A stretch of DNA of 64,000 bases, from NCBI GenBank assembly GCA_031177985.1, contig JAPSJW010000006.1, positions 46,047-110,046 of the forward strand, in the 5' to 3' direction. Under the pieces are notes generated by a model. That model saw only the letters and a list, made by a program, of their open reading frames with translations, ran no database searches and was not told the DNA's origin. The DNA comes from Microbacteriaceae bacterium (GTDB taxonomy: Bacteria > Actinomycetota > Actinomycetes > Actinomycetales > Microbacteriaceae). A program made the position numbers and the translations under genes. This document shows, piece by piece, positions 63,802-64,000 of the stretch; positions within the stretch are counted from its first letter, which is position 1; each line of letters begins with the position of its first letter.

Positions 63802-64000
63802 CGTTCGGCGAGCGGCTGCGGGCCGCACTCGACGACCGAGGCCCGCTCTGCGTCGGCATCGACCCGCACACGGGTCTGCTGCGCAATTGGGGGCTCCCGA
63901 CGGATGCCGCTGGGGTGCGCGAGTTCGGCCTGCGCGTCGTCGAGGCGGCAGCCGGCCGGGTCGCGGTCGTCAAGCCGCAGGTCGCGTTCTTCGAGCGATA
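63798..64000 (+). CDS. pyrF: orotidine 5'-phosphate decarboxylase, N-terminal part (3' end outside the window)
   Basis: ATGA overlap with car[35 protein letters not shown]...[13 protein letters not shown] matches the type 2 (actinobacterial) PyrF N-terminus. Confidence 0.85.
   Translation, partial: MTFGERLRAALDDRGPLCVGIDPHTGLLRNWGLPTDAAGVREFGLRVVEAAAGRVAVVKPQVAFFER

Overview
The window is very GC-rich (about 70% by eye, not computed). This, the GTG/TTG start usage and the gene order point to a core chromosomal segment of an actinobacterium, probably Micrococcales/Microbacteriaceae-like; that assignment is inference only. Almost all of it is tightly packed housekeeping genes in familiar actinobacterial synteny blocks:

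- acn, dxs and fadA-fadB
- rnd-DUF3000
- a sulfur-transfer cluster (sseA-sufE)
- zapE, nhaA, and amtB plus a divergent Amt paralog
- a secreted multidomain GH43 enzyme
- a four-gene tRNA cluster (Val / Gly-Cys-Val)
- thrS-HIT, pdxS-pdxT, yebC-ruvCAB and yajC-secDF
- relA, DUF349, a cyclophilin, rarA and rpsD
- alaS-ruvX-mltG-aroE-aroCKBQ-efp-nusB
- the pyrimidine operon pyrR-pyrB-pyrC-(membrane ORF)-carA-carB-pyrF

Many adjacent genes share 1-, 4- or 8-nt start/stop overlaps, which suggests translational coupling. I found no CRISPR array, transposase, integrase, prophage remnant or recognisable defence or toxin system, and I cannot honestly claim a clear novel multi-gene system here.

The observations most worth a second look are:

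1. ruvC has no canonical start codon upstream of its catalytic Asp and lies in frame behind the yebC TGA.
2. A degenerate Amt-family paralog sits where glnK/glnD usually follow amtB, and GlnR-type boxes lie upstream of amtB.
3. A lineage-specific insertion lies between pdxT and yebC. It holds a membrane protein and an APH-family kinase translationally coupled to a 126-codon ORF that the ORF track hides inside a longer spurious ORF.
4. A PyrR-binding RNA motif overlaps the pyrR Shine-Dalgarno sequence.
5. There are two large secreted proteins: GH43-LamG-ricin, and a choice-of-anchor-I protein with an LAATG sortase signal.

The many long ORFs antisense to or out of frame with these genes are stop-codon-poor GC artefacts.
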